Origin: Octopus vulgaris
Lineage: Eukaryota
Reading direction: 5' to 3'
Length of the DNA stretch: 64,000 nucleotides
Assembly: GCA_951406725.2 (NCBI GenBank)
Contig: OX597815.1
Coordinates: 214,644,001-214,708,000, forward strand
In this document: positions 51,670 through 63,150 of the stretch, one piece after another
How positions within the stretch are numbered: position 1 is the first letter of the stretch
Layout of the letters: every line of letters begins with the position of its first letter
Position numbers and translations under genes: made by a program
The notes under the pieces: model-generated
What the model was told of the DNA's origin: nothing
Databases searched by the model: none
The model's input: only the letters and a program-made list of their open reading frames with translations

Positions 51670-52703
51670 TAATTAAACTGGACAATTGATCAGCATACAT
51701 ATTTCATCATCCTACAGTCGTTAAGATAATCTTCAGTGCTCCGGATTGGTATTTTGCCAATATTCCATTTAACAGTTACATTCTTGCCTCACCAATTTTT
51801 ATATAGACTTCAGTTGCATAAATACATCTTGGTTTTTTTTTTTCATCCCAATGAGAAAAACACCTTTAGCTTCTTCACCAGGACAAGAATGAATCAAAAA
51901 TAAGTTGTAAAGACTGTTTTGGTTTTATGTCAAGATTTATTGGCAGGGAATCATTTTAAACATAAGTATTGAAATAATACTTAACCTTTTCAATTTGTTG
52001 TTCTTACAAAGCATAGAGAAGGATGTATTATAACAGAGCCAATATCTCTTCTGATTGTTCTTTTATTCTGTTCACCATCTTGAATTAAAAAATTTAAAAC
52101 AAAAGTTAAAGGTCATATTAGATAAGGTAGTCAGGTGTACACAACTCTGATTGGATGGTCATGGCTTTGAAGGCCTTTGATCATTGGTCTGCTTGGTCAA
52201 GTCACATCTGGGACCAAATGACTATGGAAAAATCATCTAAATTCATCAGTTTTATTGGTTGAAAGCTCTACTAGAAAGCTGACGGAAACTTGACATTTCT
52301 GCAAAATAAACAAAGTCTAGAAAATTAGGAATAATTTGGTCCTCAGTCTTTACAATAGTATCTTCATGAGAGTCTCATCTCTGAAATTAGATTGATCTTT
52401 GTATCATAGAAAAAAGTGACAGATGTCCTTAAAGTGAGCAAGGAACACATTGGAATGTAATTAAACTCCTGTCCAAAGCAGGTGTCCATGCTTTGGTCCA
52501 CTTCTGGTTCATAATCTCTTCACTTCATTTTAGTATCATCAGTGTAATTGTAATCTCCTCCTCCAGGCCAGCCATGATCAAGTGGATCTACTATCAAGGA
52601 TGTTCCAGCCATGCCAACATGGACTCATTAATGGATTTGGTGGATGAAAACTGAAAGAAGCCCATTGTGTGTGTCTGTGTGTGTGTGTGTCTGTGTGTGT
52701 ATG

Positions 52704-52734
<31 letters not shown>

Positions 52735-52767
52735 ATGTATATATATATATATGTGTGTGTGTGTGTC

Positions 52768-52816
<49 letters not shown>

Positions 52817-53460
52817 CTGTGTGTGTATGTATGTATATATATGTGTGTGTGTGTGTGTGTGTGGGTTTGTATGTATGTGTTACTGTCATCTTGCCTTGAT
52901 ATTGTGTAAAAGTTGTAAGCAAGTGTCACAGTCATGAAAGCTGTGCCCTTCATTTCCAATCTTCCATTAAAGCATATCTGGTCACAGGGAGCATATTACT
53001 TTGCTTGGAAACTGGTGAGTGTTGGTGACAGGAAGGGCATCCTGCCATAGAAAATCTGCCTCAACAAAAATTCCACCCAATTTATGTGATCACAGAAAAG
53101 TGGACATTAAACAGATAATGAAGATGATGATGATGGCAGTGGTGGTGATGATTATCATCATCATCATCATTATCAACAACAGAGCAATGACCAAAATACC
53201 TCCTAGTGTTTCATTCCATCTCTTATATTCTGAAATAAAACCCACCCAGGTCCACTTTGGCTTTCTGATGTTGATGTAATTGAAAACAGTCAAAAGGCAA
53301 TGCTGCCCCATCATCACAATCCAACTACTGGAACCTGTAAAAGATTGAGAGAATATATTCAGTACTTTTCCTCCCCCCACCATCTCCATTTCCCTTCAAT
53401 TTTCTTAGATAAATATATTATACCCACATTCATCAGGCAGCACAGATAGCCCCAACACAT
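51670..53460 (-). pseudogene. Fossil ORF fragments (51670-51950, 52230-52600, 53180-53460) separated by repeats
   Basis: IYSLNLLQV (53355-53341); FVYFAEMSSFRQ (52308-52294); LFLIHSCPGEEAKGVFLIGM resembles FLIWICHEEKTNQYIYG at ~45460. Confidence 0.4.
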
Positions 53461-53509
53461 ACTATGTCACCCAAACACCTATATATGTTATACTCATCTT
53501 TTTTTGTCA

Positions 53510-53792
53510 TCACCCTTTTCAAGCCTAGCCAGGTTTATGGATCTGGTTTCTGTGGCGTATGTGTTCCCCCCAGATGGACAGGACGCCAGTCCATCGCAGC
53601 ATTACTCAAGAAACAGGAAGAGAAAGTTATGGCGAAGGAGTACAACAGGGGGCCACCACACCCTGCCAGAGCCTCGTGGAGCTTTTAGGTGTTTTCGCTC
53701 AATAAACACGCACAACGCCCGGTCTGGGAATCGAAACCGCGATCCTCCGACCATGAGTCCGCTGCCCTAACCACTGGGTCATTGCGCCTCCA
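53510..53792 (-). mobile_element. tRNA-headed SINE related to families D/E
   Basis: tggaggcgcaatgacccagtggttagggcagcggac head, ggtttcgattccc B box. Confidence 0.8.
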
Positions 53793-54539
53793 CTATACAC
53801 ATCTATATTAAGATAATATCAAAATGACTGAGCCTCTTCATTGTCATCATCATCATCACCATCATCATTGCTGTTAATGTCATTTTTGATATCCATTTTC
53901 CCATGCTAATATCCATTTTTCCATGAGTTAGATGAAACTTATTAAGGCAAAGTTTCCAAGGCAAGATGCTCTTCCTGTTGCCAACCCTACCTAGTTTTCA
54001 AGTAAGATATTTTTACTCAATTAGTTCCCCACTCATGTCCTCCAAACTAAGTGACATAGGCTTAAAAGAGAATGTAAACAGTGTTACTGTCTTTGTGATA
54101 ATGAGGACATGTAGAGTCAACGTCCACACAGACTCACACATACTTACATACATGCATACATGCATACATGCATATATGCATGTATGCATGCATTCATGCA
54201 AACAAGCTTTTGTAAAGTTTTCATTTACCAACTTCACTCACAAGTTTTTGACTACTCTGAGATAATACCAGAAGACACTTGCCCCATATACCAAACAGTG
54301 AGACTTCATTGATATGAATTTAAATATCACTGGTGTTTGACTTTCTGTTTCGTTTGTGTAGTGATTGTTAAATACCAATAAGATATCAATGAGGACACTC
54401 ATGTGTGTGTGTGTGTGTGTGTCTGTGTAGTATATGTATATATATATGTATGTGTGTATATATGTATGTAGGTATATATATGTATGTATATATCTATATG
54501 TATATATATATTTATATACGTATATGTATATATATATAT

Positions 54540-55250
54540 CGTCGTTTAACGTCCGTTCTCCATGCTAGCATGGGTTGGACGGTTCGACCGGGGATCTGGG
54601 AAGCCAGAAGGCTGCACCAGGCTCCAGTCTTATCTGGCAGTGTTTCTACAGCTGGATGTCCTTCCTAACGCCAACCACTCCGTGAGTGTAGTGGGTGCTT
54701 TTTACGTGCCACCTGCACAGGTGCCAGGCGAGGCTGGCAACGGCCACGGTCGGATTGGTGTATTTTATGTGCCACCGGCACGGAAGCCAGATGAGGCGGT
54801 GCTGGCATCGGCCACGAGTCGGATGGTGCTTTTTACGTACCACCAGACCAGGGATCCTGGCTGGTTCACTTCGATTTCGCTTGCCCCAACATGTCTTCGC
54901 AAGCAAGGGGGTTGGCATGGGTGCCTGTCGTACGGTCAGATTGGTGTATTTTACGTGCCACCGGCACAGAAGCCAGTGGAGGCGGCGCTGGCATCGGCCA
55001 CGAGTCGGATAGTGCTTTTTACGTACCACCAGACCAGGGATCCTGGCTGGTTCAATTCGATTTTGACTTCGATTTCGATTTCGCTTGCCCCAACATGTCT
55101 TCGCAAGCAAAGGGGGGTTGGCATGGGTGCCTGTCGTTGGATGAGGTTCTATATCGACTTTGCTTGCCTCAACAGGTCTTTGTGTCCAAGGGAGGAAAGG
55201 CATTCATAAGTGGGCTGGGCTCACTTGTCCTGCCTGGTCTTCACACGTAC
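54540..55250 (-). mobile_element. RTE 3' end (last codons plus 3' UTR with ~186-bp tandem duplication)
   Basis: gtacgtgtgaagaccaggcaggacaagtga ORF end; 54751-54931 repeated at 54937-55138. Confidence 0.85.
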
Positions 55251-55286
55251 AGATATGTATATATATATGTATATATATATTTATAC

Positions 55287-55335
<49 letters not shown>

Positions 55336-55340
<5 letters not shown>

Positions 55341-55697
55341 CCTTAAATCCTTAAAAATGTTTTAGCCCGAAGGCCGCGGCCATGCTGGGGCACCACCGCT
55401 GAATGAGCTGCACTAGTTTGTGAATCCACCTCTGATACGTGGCACTTGATCAACAAGGGAGTTCGATGCTGCTGCCCGCATCCGTGTCTCCTGTCGTGAG
55501 GTAGGTTCATCTGGGACTCCCAACAAGAAGAGATCCAGTTTAGTTTTAAAGAAACCCACATCCACACCATGTAAGTCTCTCAGGCATTTAGGGAGGATGT
55601 TAAAGAGCTGTGGTCCTCTGAAACCCAAGCTGTTGCAGTATCTGGACCTGTATTTTGATGGTGATGTTGGAATCCTTGGCACCACGCAGCGGCGTGG
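55336..55697 (-). mobile_element. 3' end of a CR1/L2/Jockey-group LINE
   Basis: [48 protein letters not shown]; short 3' UTR ending (tttaagga)n. Confidence 0.8.
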
Positions 55698-55712
55698 TAT
55701 GTATATATATAT

Positions 55713-55760
<48 letters not shown>

Positions 55761-55766
55761 ATATAT

Positions 55767-55806
<40 letters not shown>

Positions 55807-55935
55807 ATATATAGATGTATATGTATGTATATATATAGATGTATATGTATGTATATATATAGATGTATATGTATATATATATATATATATGTATGTATAT
55901 ATATAGATGTATATGTATGTATATATATAGATGTA

Positions 55936-55984
<49 letters not shown>

Positions 55985-56170
55985 TTATATAGATGTATAT
56001 ATATATGTATGTATATATATATATGTATATGTATATATATATAGATGTATATATATTTATATATATAGATGTATATATATTTATATATGTATATGTATAT
56101 ATATTTATATATGTATATATATATATATATATATTTATATAGATGTATATATATTTATATATGTATATGT
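55698..56170. repeat. Compound (TA)n microsatellite with ~24-bp higher-order units
   Basis: atatgtatgtatatatatagatgt units visible. Confidence 0.95.
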
Positions 56171-56377
56171 CATCATCATCATCATCATCGTTTAACGTCC
56201 GTTCTCCATGCTAGCATGGGTTGGACGGTTCGACCGGGGATCTGGGAAGCCAGAAGGCTGCACCAGGCTCCGGTCTTATCTGGCAATGTTTCTACAGCTG
56301 GATGCCCTTCCTAACGCCCACAACTGATGTATATATATTTATATATATATATATACATGTATATGTATATGTATATA

Positions 56378-56425
<48 letters not shown>

Positions 56426-56429
56426 AATA

Positions 56430-56830
56430 TATAATTATAAACATATTATAATATGTCAGCTAATTGCTTCACCACATACGAATTTATATAAAATATATAC
56501 ATGCATATAATGCACTTTCAAATTTTATATTGGAAATGCTACACTGATGATTAGAAGTAAGTAATTAAACACTTTAATCTCGAAACACATCTGTGGCTAA
56601 TCAGAGTCGTATTGAGTCATTATTTTTCTCTTTACCTAAGTAAAATAAAGTGTGTTACTCTCTGGGAAATTCTTACGATAGTAGAAAAGGAATTTTTAAC
56701 TCCTAATTCTAAATTCGGTATGTGCTGAAGCAATTAGCTGACCCCTAATTATAGAATATTTGTATAATTTTACCTATAAAGGTTATTTTAACATACTGAT
56801 CTACTTGGTAAAATTATTAATTAATTAATT
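56430..56830 (+). mobile_element. Penelope-like inverted pLTR remnant
   Basis: Inverted arms ~56432-56487 and ~56709-56769 enclose a hammerhead-like motif; related arms at 58942-59078 and 59929-60066. Confidence 0.55.
56538..56597 (+). ncRNA. Decayed type-I hammerhead ribozyme motif
   Basis: gctaca-CTGATGA-(stem II)-GAAAC-ac-ATC-tgtggc; stem I gctaca/tgtggc pairs; gaaacacatc is the CpG-decay product of gaaacgcgtc. Confidence 0.6.
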
Positions 56831-56904
56831 TATTTGACCCTTTTATTATTAATACATTTATATATATATATGTATTTATATTTATATATATGTATATATA
56901 TATA

Positions 56905-58470
56905 TCATCATCATCATCATCATTTAGCGTCCGTTTTCCATGCTAGCATGGGTTGGACGGTTCAACTGGGGTCTGTGAAGCCGGAAGGCTTCATCAGGCC
57001 CAGTCAGATCTGGCAGTGTTTCTATGGCTGGATGCCCTCCCTAACGCCAACCACTCCGTGAGTGTAGTGGGTGCTTTTTACGTGCCACCCGCACAGGTGC
57101 CAGACAGAGCTGGCAAATGGTCATGAACGGATGGTGCTTTTACGTGCCACAGGCACGGGGGCCAGGCGAGGCTGGCAACGGACACAAGCGGATGGTGCTT
57201 TTACGTGCCACCGGCACAGAGGCCAGATGTGGCGGAGCCGGCAACGACCACGATCGGATGGTTTGCTTAACCACAGCTGCAATTTCCACTGATGTTGATC
57301 GACCTCAATTTTGGTTCTGCTTTCTGATTTCTGATTTGATTTGGTTTGATTTTGATTTTGATTTTGACTGTTCTCACTGGTCTTGCATACTTCCATAGGT
57401 CTCGGTCTCTAGTCATTTCCTTGGTGAGACCTAAACTTCGAAGGTCGTGCTTCACCACCTCGTCCCAGGTTTTCCTGGGTCTACCTCTTCCACAGGTTCC
57501 CTCAACTGCTAGTGTGTGGCACTTTTGCACACAACTATCTTCACCCATTCTCGTCACATGCCCATACCAGCGCAGACGTCTCTCTTGCGCACTACAACTG
57601 ATGTTTCTTAGGTCCAACTTTTCTCTCAAGGTACTTACACTCTGCTGAGTATGAGTACTGACATTACACATCCATCGGAGCATACTGGCTTCATTTCTTG
57701 CGAGCTACACATATCCTCAGCAGTCACAGCCCATGTTTCACTACCATGTAGCATGGCCGTTCGTACACATGCATCATACAGTCTGCCTTTTACTCTGAGC
57801 GAGAGGCCTTTTGTCACTAGCAGGGGTAAGGGCTCTCTAAACTTTTCCCAGGCTATTCTTACTCTAGCAGTTACACTTTCAGCACACCCACCCCCGCTAC
57901 TGACTTGGTCACCTAGGTAGCGGAAGCTATCAACTACTTCTAGTTTTTCTCCCTGGAACATGGTAGACGTTGGTCTCTGCACATTTTCAGTGTTTATTGC
58001 TCCTGAGCATCTGCCACAGACAAAAACTATTTTCCTAGTTAGCCTTCCTTTGACATTGCTACACCTCTTATGTGTCCATAGCTTACACTTGGTGCATCTT
58101 ATAGAGTTTCTACCTACACCTTTTCTACAGATCGAGCAGGGCCATCTACCTGAAGGCGTTTGTGACTTGTCTACTTTCCTACTTATTAGGACTTTGGTTT
58201 TGGCTAGGTTGATTCTAAGGCCCTTCGATTCTAAACCTTGCTTCCACACCTGAAACTTCTCCTCCAGTTTTGATAGTGACTCAGCAATTAGAGCAAAGTC
58301 ATCAGCATAGAGGAGCTCCCAGGGGCATCCTGTCTTGAATTCCTCCGTTATTGCCTGGAGGACTATGATAAATAGGAGGGGACTGAGGACTGAACCTTGG
58401 TGGACCCCAACCTCTACCCGGAATTCTTCACTGTACTCGTTGCCAACCCTCACCTTACTAGCAGCGTCTA
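56905..58470 (-). mobile_element. 5'-truncated RTE-clade LINE: RT (GVHQGSVLSP, LLYADD), PHD-like insert, C-terminus, 3' UTR array, (GAT)n
   Basis: ORFs 57635-58585 and 57267-57683 are joined by one frameshift near 57700; ORF sequence above ~58470 is microsatellite and flank. Confidence 0.95.
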
Positions 58471-58515
58471 GTATATATATATATATGTAAGTATGTATGT
58501 ATGTGTGTATGTATG

Positions 58516-58547
<32 letters not shown>

Positions 58548-58888
58548 AAGTGTTTTTCAAAATGGAGGTGGACACCTTTCTCCATGGGATCGCTTTGAAA
58601 ATTATTGAGACATTAGGATATTTTTCTACTTATCTTAACATGAAACCAATGGTAGCCTTAATTCCCAAACAAAGAAATCATATCCACCAATGCGGTGTTG
58701 AGCACTCATTTTCATAGTTCGGCATTTACATACATACACACAATTGCATCTTTCATTTATTTTGTATTTGCCATTTTTTTTTGTTCAACTGTCTTTTCTG
58801 CTTCCATATCTGCTCAACAAAGATCTTTCTTACAGCTGACATCCTGTCACGTGACCACCTATACCATGTTTTAGTATGTTTCAACACA

Positions 58889-58925
<37 letters not shown>

Positions 58926-58941
58926 TATATGTGTGTATGTG

Positions 58942-60066
58942 TTGGGAGTATTGCTGTTTGGGGATATCTTATGGTAGTGGAATAGTATTTAACTGCTATT
59001 TCTAAATTTCGGTAAGTGGTGAAGCAATTTTGCTGAACCCTAATTATAATCATGCTTATAATTATAGAATTTTTGTATGTATGTGTGTGTGTATATATAT
59101 CACCGTATGTATATATATATCACCATGATCACCGTGACTGACTGGGCTATCAGATGTTGCTGCACATCACTGGTCACAATGCGCTTCACATTGTTTTACC
59201 CTTCAAATGACACCACCCCACTGGCTAAGAGAGCAGGCCAACAGAAGAAAGAGTGAGAGAAAGTTGTGGCAAAAGAGTACAGCAGGGGTCGCTACCACCC
59301 CCTGCCGGAGCCTCGTGGAGCTTTAGGTGTTTTCGCTCAATAATCACTCATAATGCCCAGTCTGGGAATCGAAACCACGATCCTACGACTGTGAGTCCAC
59401 TACACTTACCAATGGGCCATTGGGCCTCCACACACACACATATATATATATTGTACTGGTAAGTTCAACAAAGTACTCCAATCTGGTGAGAGGTAAATAA
59501 TATTTAATAAGCACAATACATGTATTTATGTGCCACTATTAGTTTCATGTGATGAAAACATCTCAGGCAGCATTTTTTAACATGTCTGGTGCCTTGACAC
59601 AATTCTCAGGTTCTGCCCACATGATCTAACAAGCTAAAACAGGAGGATAGCGTGAGTTCTTTGCTTTTTCATTTTCCAGTTTTTCAACCTCCCACCTTTT
59701 ACATCCACTTCCTTTTCACCTTTTCTCATTTATTTCTCTCATCCTATCATCCTGTTTTAGCTTGTTATGTCACATAGGTGCAGCCTAAGGATTACAGAAA
59801 GGCACCAAACATGTTAAAAAATGCTGTCTGAGATCTTTTCATTGCATGAAACTATTAACAGGTCATAGAAATATATATTACCATATATTGCCTTTATTAA
59901 ATAATAATATATATATATATATATATATGTACAAAAATTCTATAATTATGAGTATAATTATAATTAGGGTTCAGCAAAAATTTGCTTTGCCACGTACTGA
60001 AATTTAGAAATAGCAGTTAAACTACTATTTCACTACCATAAGAAAATCTCCCGGACAGCAATACTC
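58942..60066. repeat. Inverted pair of ~135-bp repeats (58942-59078 and 59929-60066)
   Basis: gagtattgctgt...aactgctatttctaaattt...gctgaaccctaattata...atagaatttttgta is mirrored. Confidence 0.8.
59105..59430 (-). mobile_element. Family-E SINE
   Basis: Homologue of 31336-31600 with an intact head. Confidence 0.85.
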
Positions 60067-60855
60067 ATCAGCTCACGCAGGTAAAGAGAAATATATAACG
60101 AATCCACCCGGCTTTGATTAACTATATACGTGTATCAGAGTTAGAGAGATGGGAAAAATGTTAAATCATATTTCTACTCTCTCATTCTCCTCTTCAGTAC
60201 AGTAATTCAAGATTTCAAATTTGAGAGCACTGACAAATTAAACATATTATTATTTTATATAGGTGCTCCAGCATGGCCGCAGTCAAATGACTGAAACAAG
60301 TAAAAGAGAAAGAGAAAAGAGATATACATACAGTAGGCATTATATCATAAGGATTTATAAATTTTTTTAAATGAATGTGAAATAATTCTTTTCTGGAATG
60401 GATTTTGAAGCCCACTTAAAGATATAAAATAATATGTAAAACTGGGATGCAGAACCCTTTTGAGATAGAAAAAGTCAACGGCTGCCTTCAGCATTTTCTA
60501 GCCCAAAAATGTTTTTCAACATAATTTCACACACTATAATCTGTCACTTTATGTATGTTTTCAGATCCTTTCCAAAAAAGATATATATATGTATATATAT
60601 ATATATATATCCTCTATTTACAAAATAGTCCTTGCAACTAGCCAAAGGAAGTTTTATATTTCATTATCCAAGCCAAATTAGCTTAGAGTGCTAGAAGTTT
60701 TCTTTTTTCTGTAAAGTTACGCAGACTAGTAACTTTTCTATGAATGAGACAATAATTTATTGTTATTCTGACATAATTTTGGCATGATTTCAATTGAAGA
60801 CTGTGACATGAAAAGATTCAGTTTGTTCAGCACATCAATCTCAAATTATTTTCCT

Positions 60856-60904
<49 letters not shown>

Positions 60905-61106
60905 ATAATGGAAAAACAATGCACCAATATATTTATGTATGTATGAATATATATGTATGAATCTATATATGTGTGTATGTATATATATATATGTCTATGT
61001 ATGTATACGTATATTTGTATGTATATATATATATAAATATATAATATACATATATATATATTTACATATATGTACACATAAATATATACTTATATATATA
61101 AACACA

Positions 61107-61140
<34 letters not shown>

Positions 61141-61144
<4 letters not shown>

Positions 61145-61550
61145 CGCAGGAGTGGCTGTGTGGTAAGTAGCTTGCTAACCAACCACATGGTTCTGGGTTC
61201 AGTCCCACTGCGTGGCATCTTGGGCAAGTGTCTTCTACTATAGCCCCGGACCGACCAATGCCTTGTGAGTGGATTTGATAGACGGAAACTGAAAGAAGCC
61301 TGTCGTATATATATATATATATGTGTGTGTGTTTGTGTGTCTGTGTTTGTCCCCCTCGCATTGCTTGACAACCGATGCTGGTGTGTTTACATCCCCGTCA
61401 CTTAGCGGTTCGGCAAAAGAGACTGATAGAATAAGTACTGGGCTTACAAAGAAAAAGTCCCGGGGTCGATTTGCTCAACTAAAGGCGGTGCTCCAGCATG
61501 GCCGCAGTCAGATGACTGAAACAAGTAAAAGAGTAAAAGAGAGTAAAGAG
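61141..61550 (+). mobile_element. Full-length young family-A SINE
   Basis: High similarity to 32987-33397. Confidence 0.92.
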
Positions 61551-61557
61551 TATATAC

Positions 61558-61589
<32 letters not shown>

Positions 61590-61632
61590 GCATATACATA
61601 TATACATATACATATATATATATATATATGTC

Positions 61633-63150
61633 CTATACAGAGAGGCTGTCAGCAAGGTTAGGATTGGCAATGAATATAATGAAGAATTCCGGGTAGAAGT
61701 AGGTGTACACCAAGGCTCAGCCCTCAGTCCCCTTTTATTCATCATAGTCCTCCATGCAATAACAGAGGAATTCAAAACAGGTTGCCCCTGGGAGCTCCTC
61801 TATGCTGATGACCTGGCTCTCATAGCAGAATCACTACCGGAACTAGAAAAGAAATTTCGGGTGTGGAAGCAAGGGTTAGAATCAAAGGGCCTTAGAGTAA
61901 ATGTAGCAAAGACCAAAGTTATAGTAAGCAGAAAGGCGAACTCAGCACACACACCCTCAGGCAGATGGCCCTGCTCGATCTGTAGGAAAGGTGTAGGTAG
62001 AAACTCCATAAGATGTACCCAGTGTAAGCTATGGATGCATAAGAGGTGCAGCAACATCAAGGGAAATTAACTGATAAGATAGCTTTCATGTGCGGCAGAT
62101 GCACAGGGACAATAGACACCACAGATACTCAGAAAACAGATTCCATCACACTCCAGGGGAAGAAACTAGGAAGTAGTTGATAGTTTCCGCTACCTGGGTG
62201 ACCAAGTTAGTAGTGGAGGTGAATGCTCAGAGAGTGTCACCACTAGAATACGAATAGCCTGGGCAAGGTTTAGAAAGCTCCTACCCCTACTGGCGACAAA
62301 GGGTCTCTCGCTCAGAGTTAAAGGTAGATTGTATGACGCATGTGTGCAAACTGCCATGCTTCACGGTAGTGAAACATGGGCTGTGACTGCAGAGGACATG
62401 CTTAGACTTGAAAGAAATGAAGCTAGCATGATCCGCTGGATGTGTAATGCCAGTGTGTGCGCACGACAGAGGGTAAGCACCCTGAGAGAAATGCTGGACA
62501 TAAGAAGCATCAGATGTGGTGTACAAGAGCGACGCTTTCGATGGTATGGTCATGTACTGCGGATGGATGAGGAGAGATGTGTGAAGAAGTGCCTCTCCCA
62601 AACAGTTGAAGGTATCAGGGGGAGAGGTAGACCCAGGAAGACATGGGATGAGGTAGTCAAGCATGACCTCAGAGCGTTGGGCCTCACAGAGGCAATGGCG
62701 AAGGACCGAGATCTCTGGAGATATGCTGTGACTGCAAAGACCCGGGCTGCCCATTCAAAGTACCTTGGATTCCAGAACATCCCGCTGTGCTTGAGGAGAC
62801 CTTTTGAGTCAAGTACATGAACATCGAAAATAAATATCAATGGAAATAGTAGATGTGGTACCTGTGCCGGTGGCACATAAAAAGCACCATCCGTACGTGG
62901 CCGATGCCAGCGCCACCTCGACTGGCTTCTGTGCCGGTGGCACATAAAAAGCACCATCTGAACGTGACCGATGCCAGTGCCACCTTGGCTGGCTTCCGTG
63001 CCGTTGGCACGTTAAAAGCACCAACCGATCATGACCGATGCCAGACTCCACTGGCACCTGTGCCGGTGGCACGTAAAAGGCACCCACTACACTCGTGGAG
63101 TAGTTGGCGTTAGGAAGGGCATCCAGCTGTAGAAACACTGCCAGATCAGA
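61633..63150 (+). mobile_element. 5'-truncated RTE-clade LINE (second subfamily) with PHD-like insert and 3' UTR array
   Basis: GVHQGSALSP, LLYADDL, WPCSIC..C..C..H..C, RWYGHV, GRPRKTW; frameshifts near 62068 and 62170; terminal tail missing. Confidence 0.95.

Noticed and set aside
54562-55346. 150-215 aa ORFs on both strands
   Set aside because: They arise from the GC-rich RTE 3' UTR repeat and are not frame-conserved between copies
62862-63090. CRISPR-like repeat/spacer array next to an RT
   Set aside because: The spacers are homologous to each other, there are no cas genes, and the context is a eukaryotic LINE 3' UTR; it is a tandem repeat
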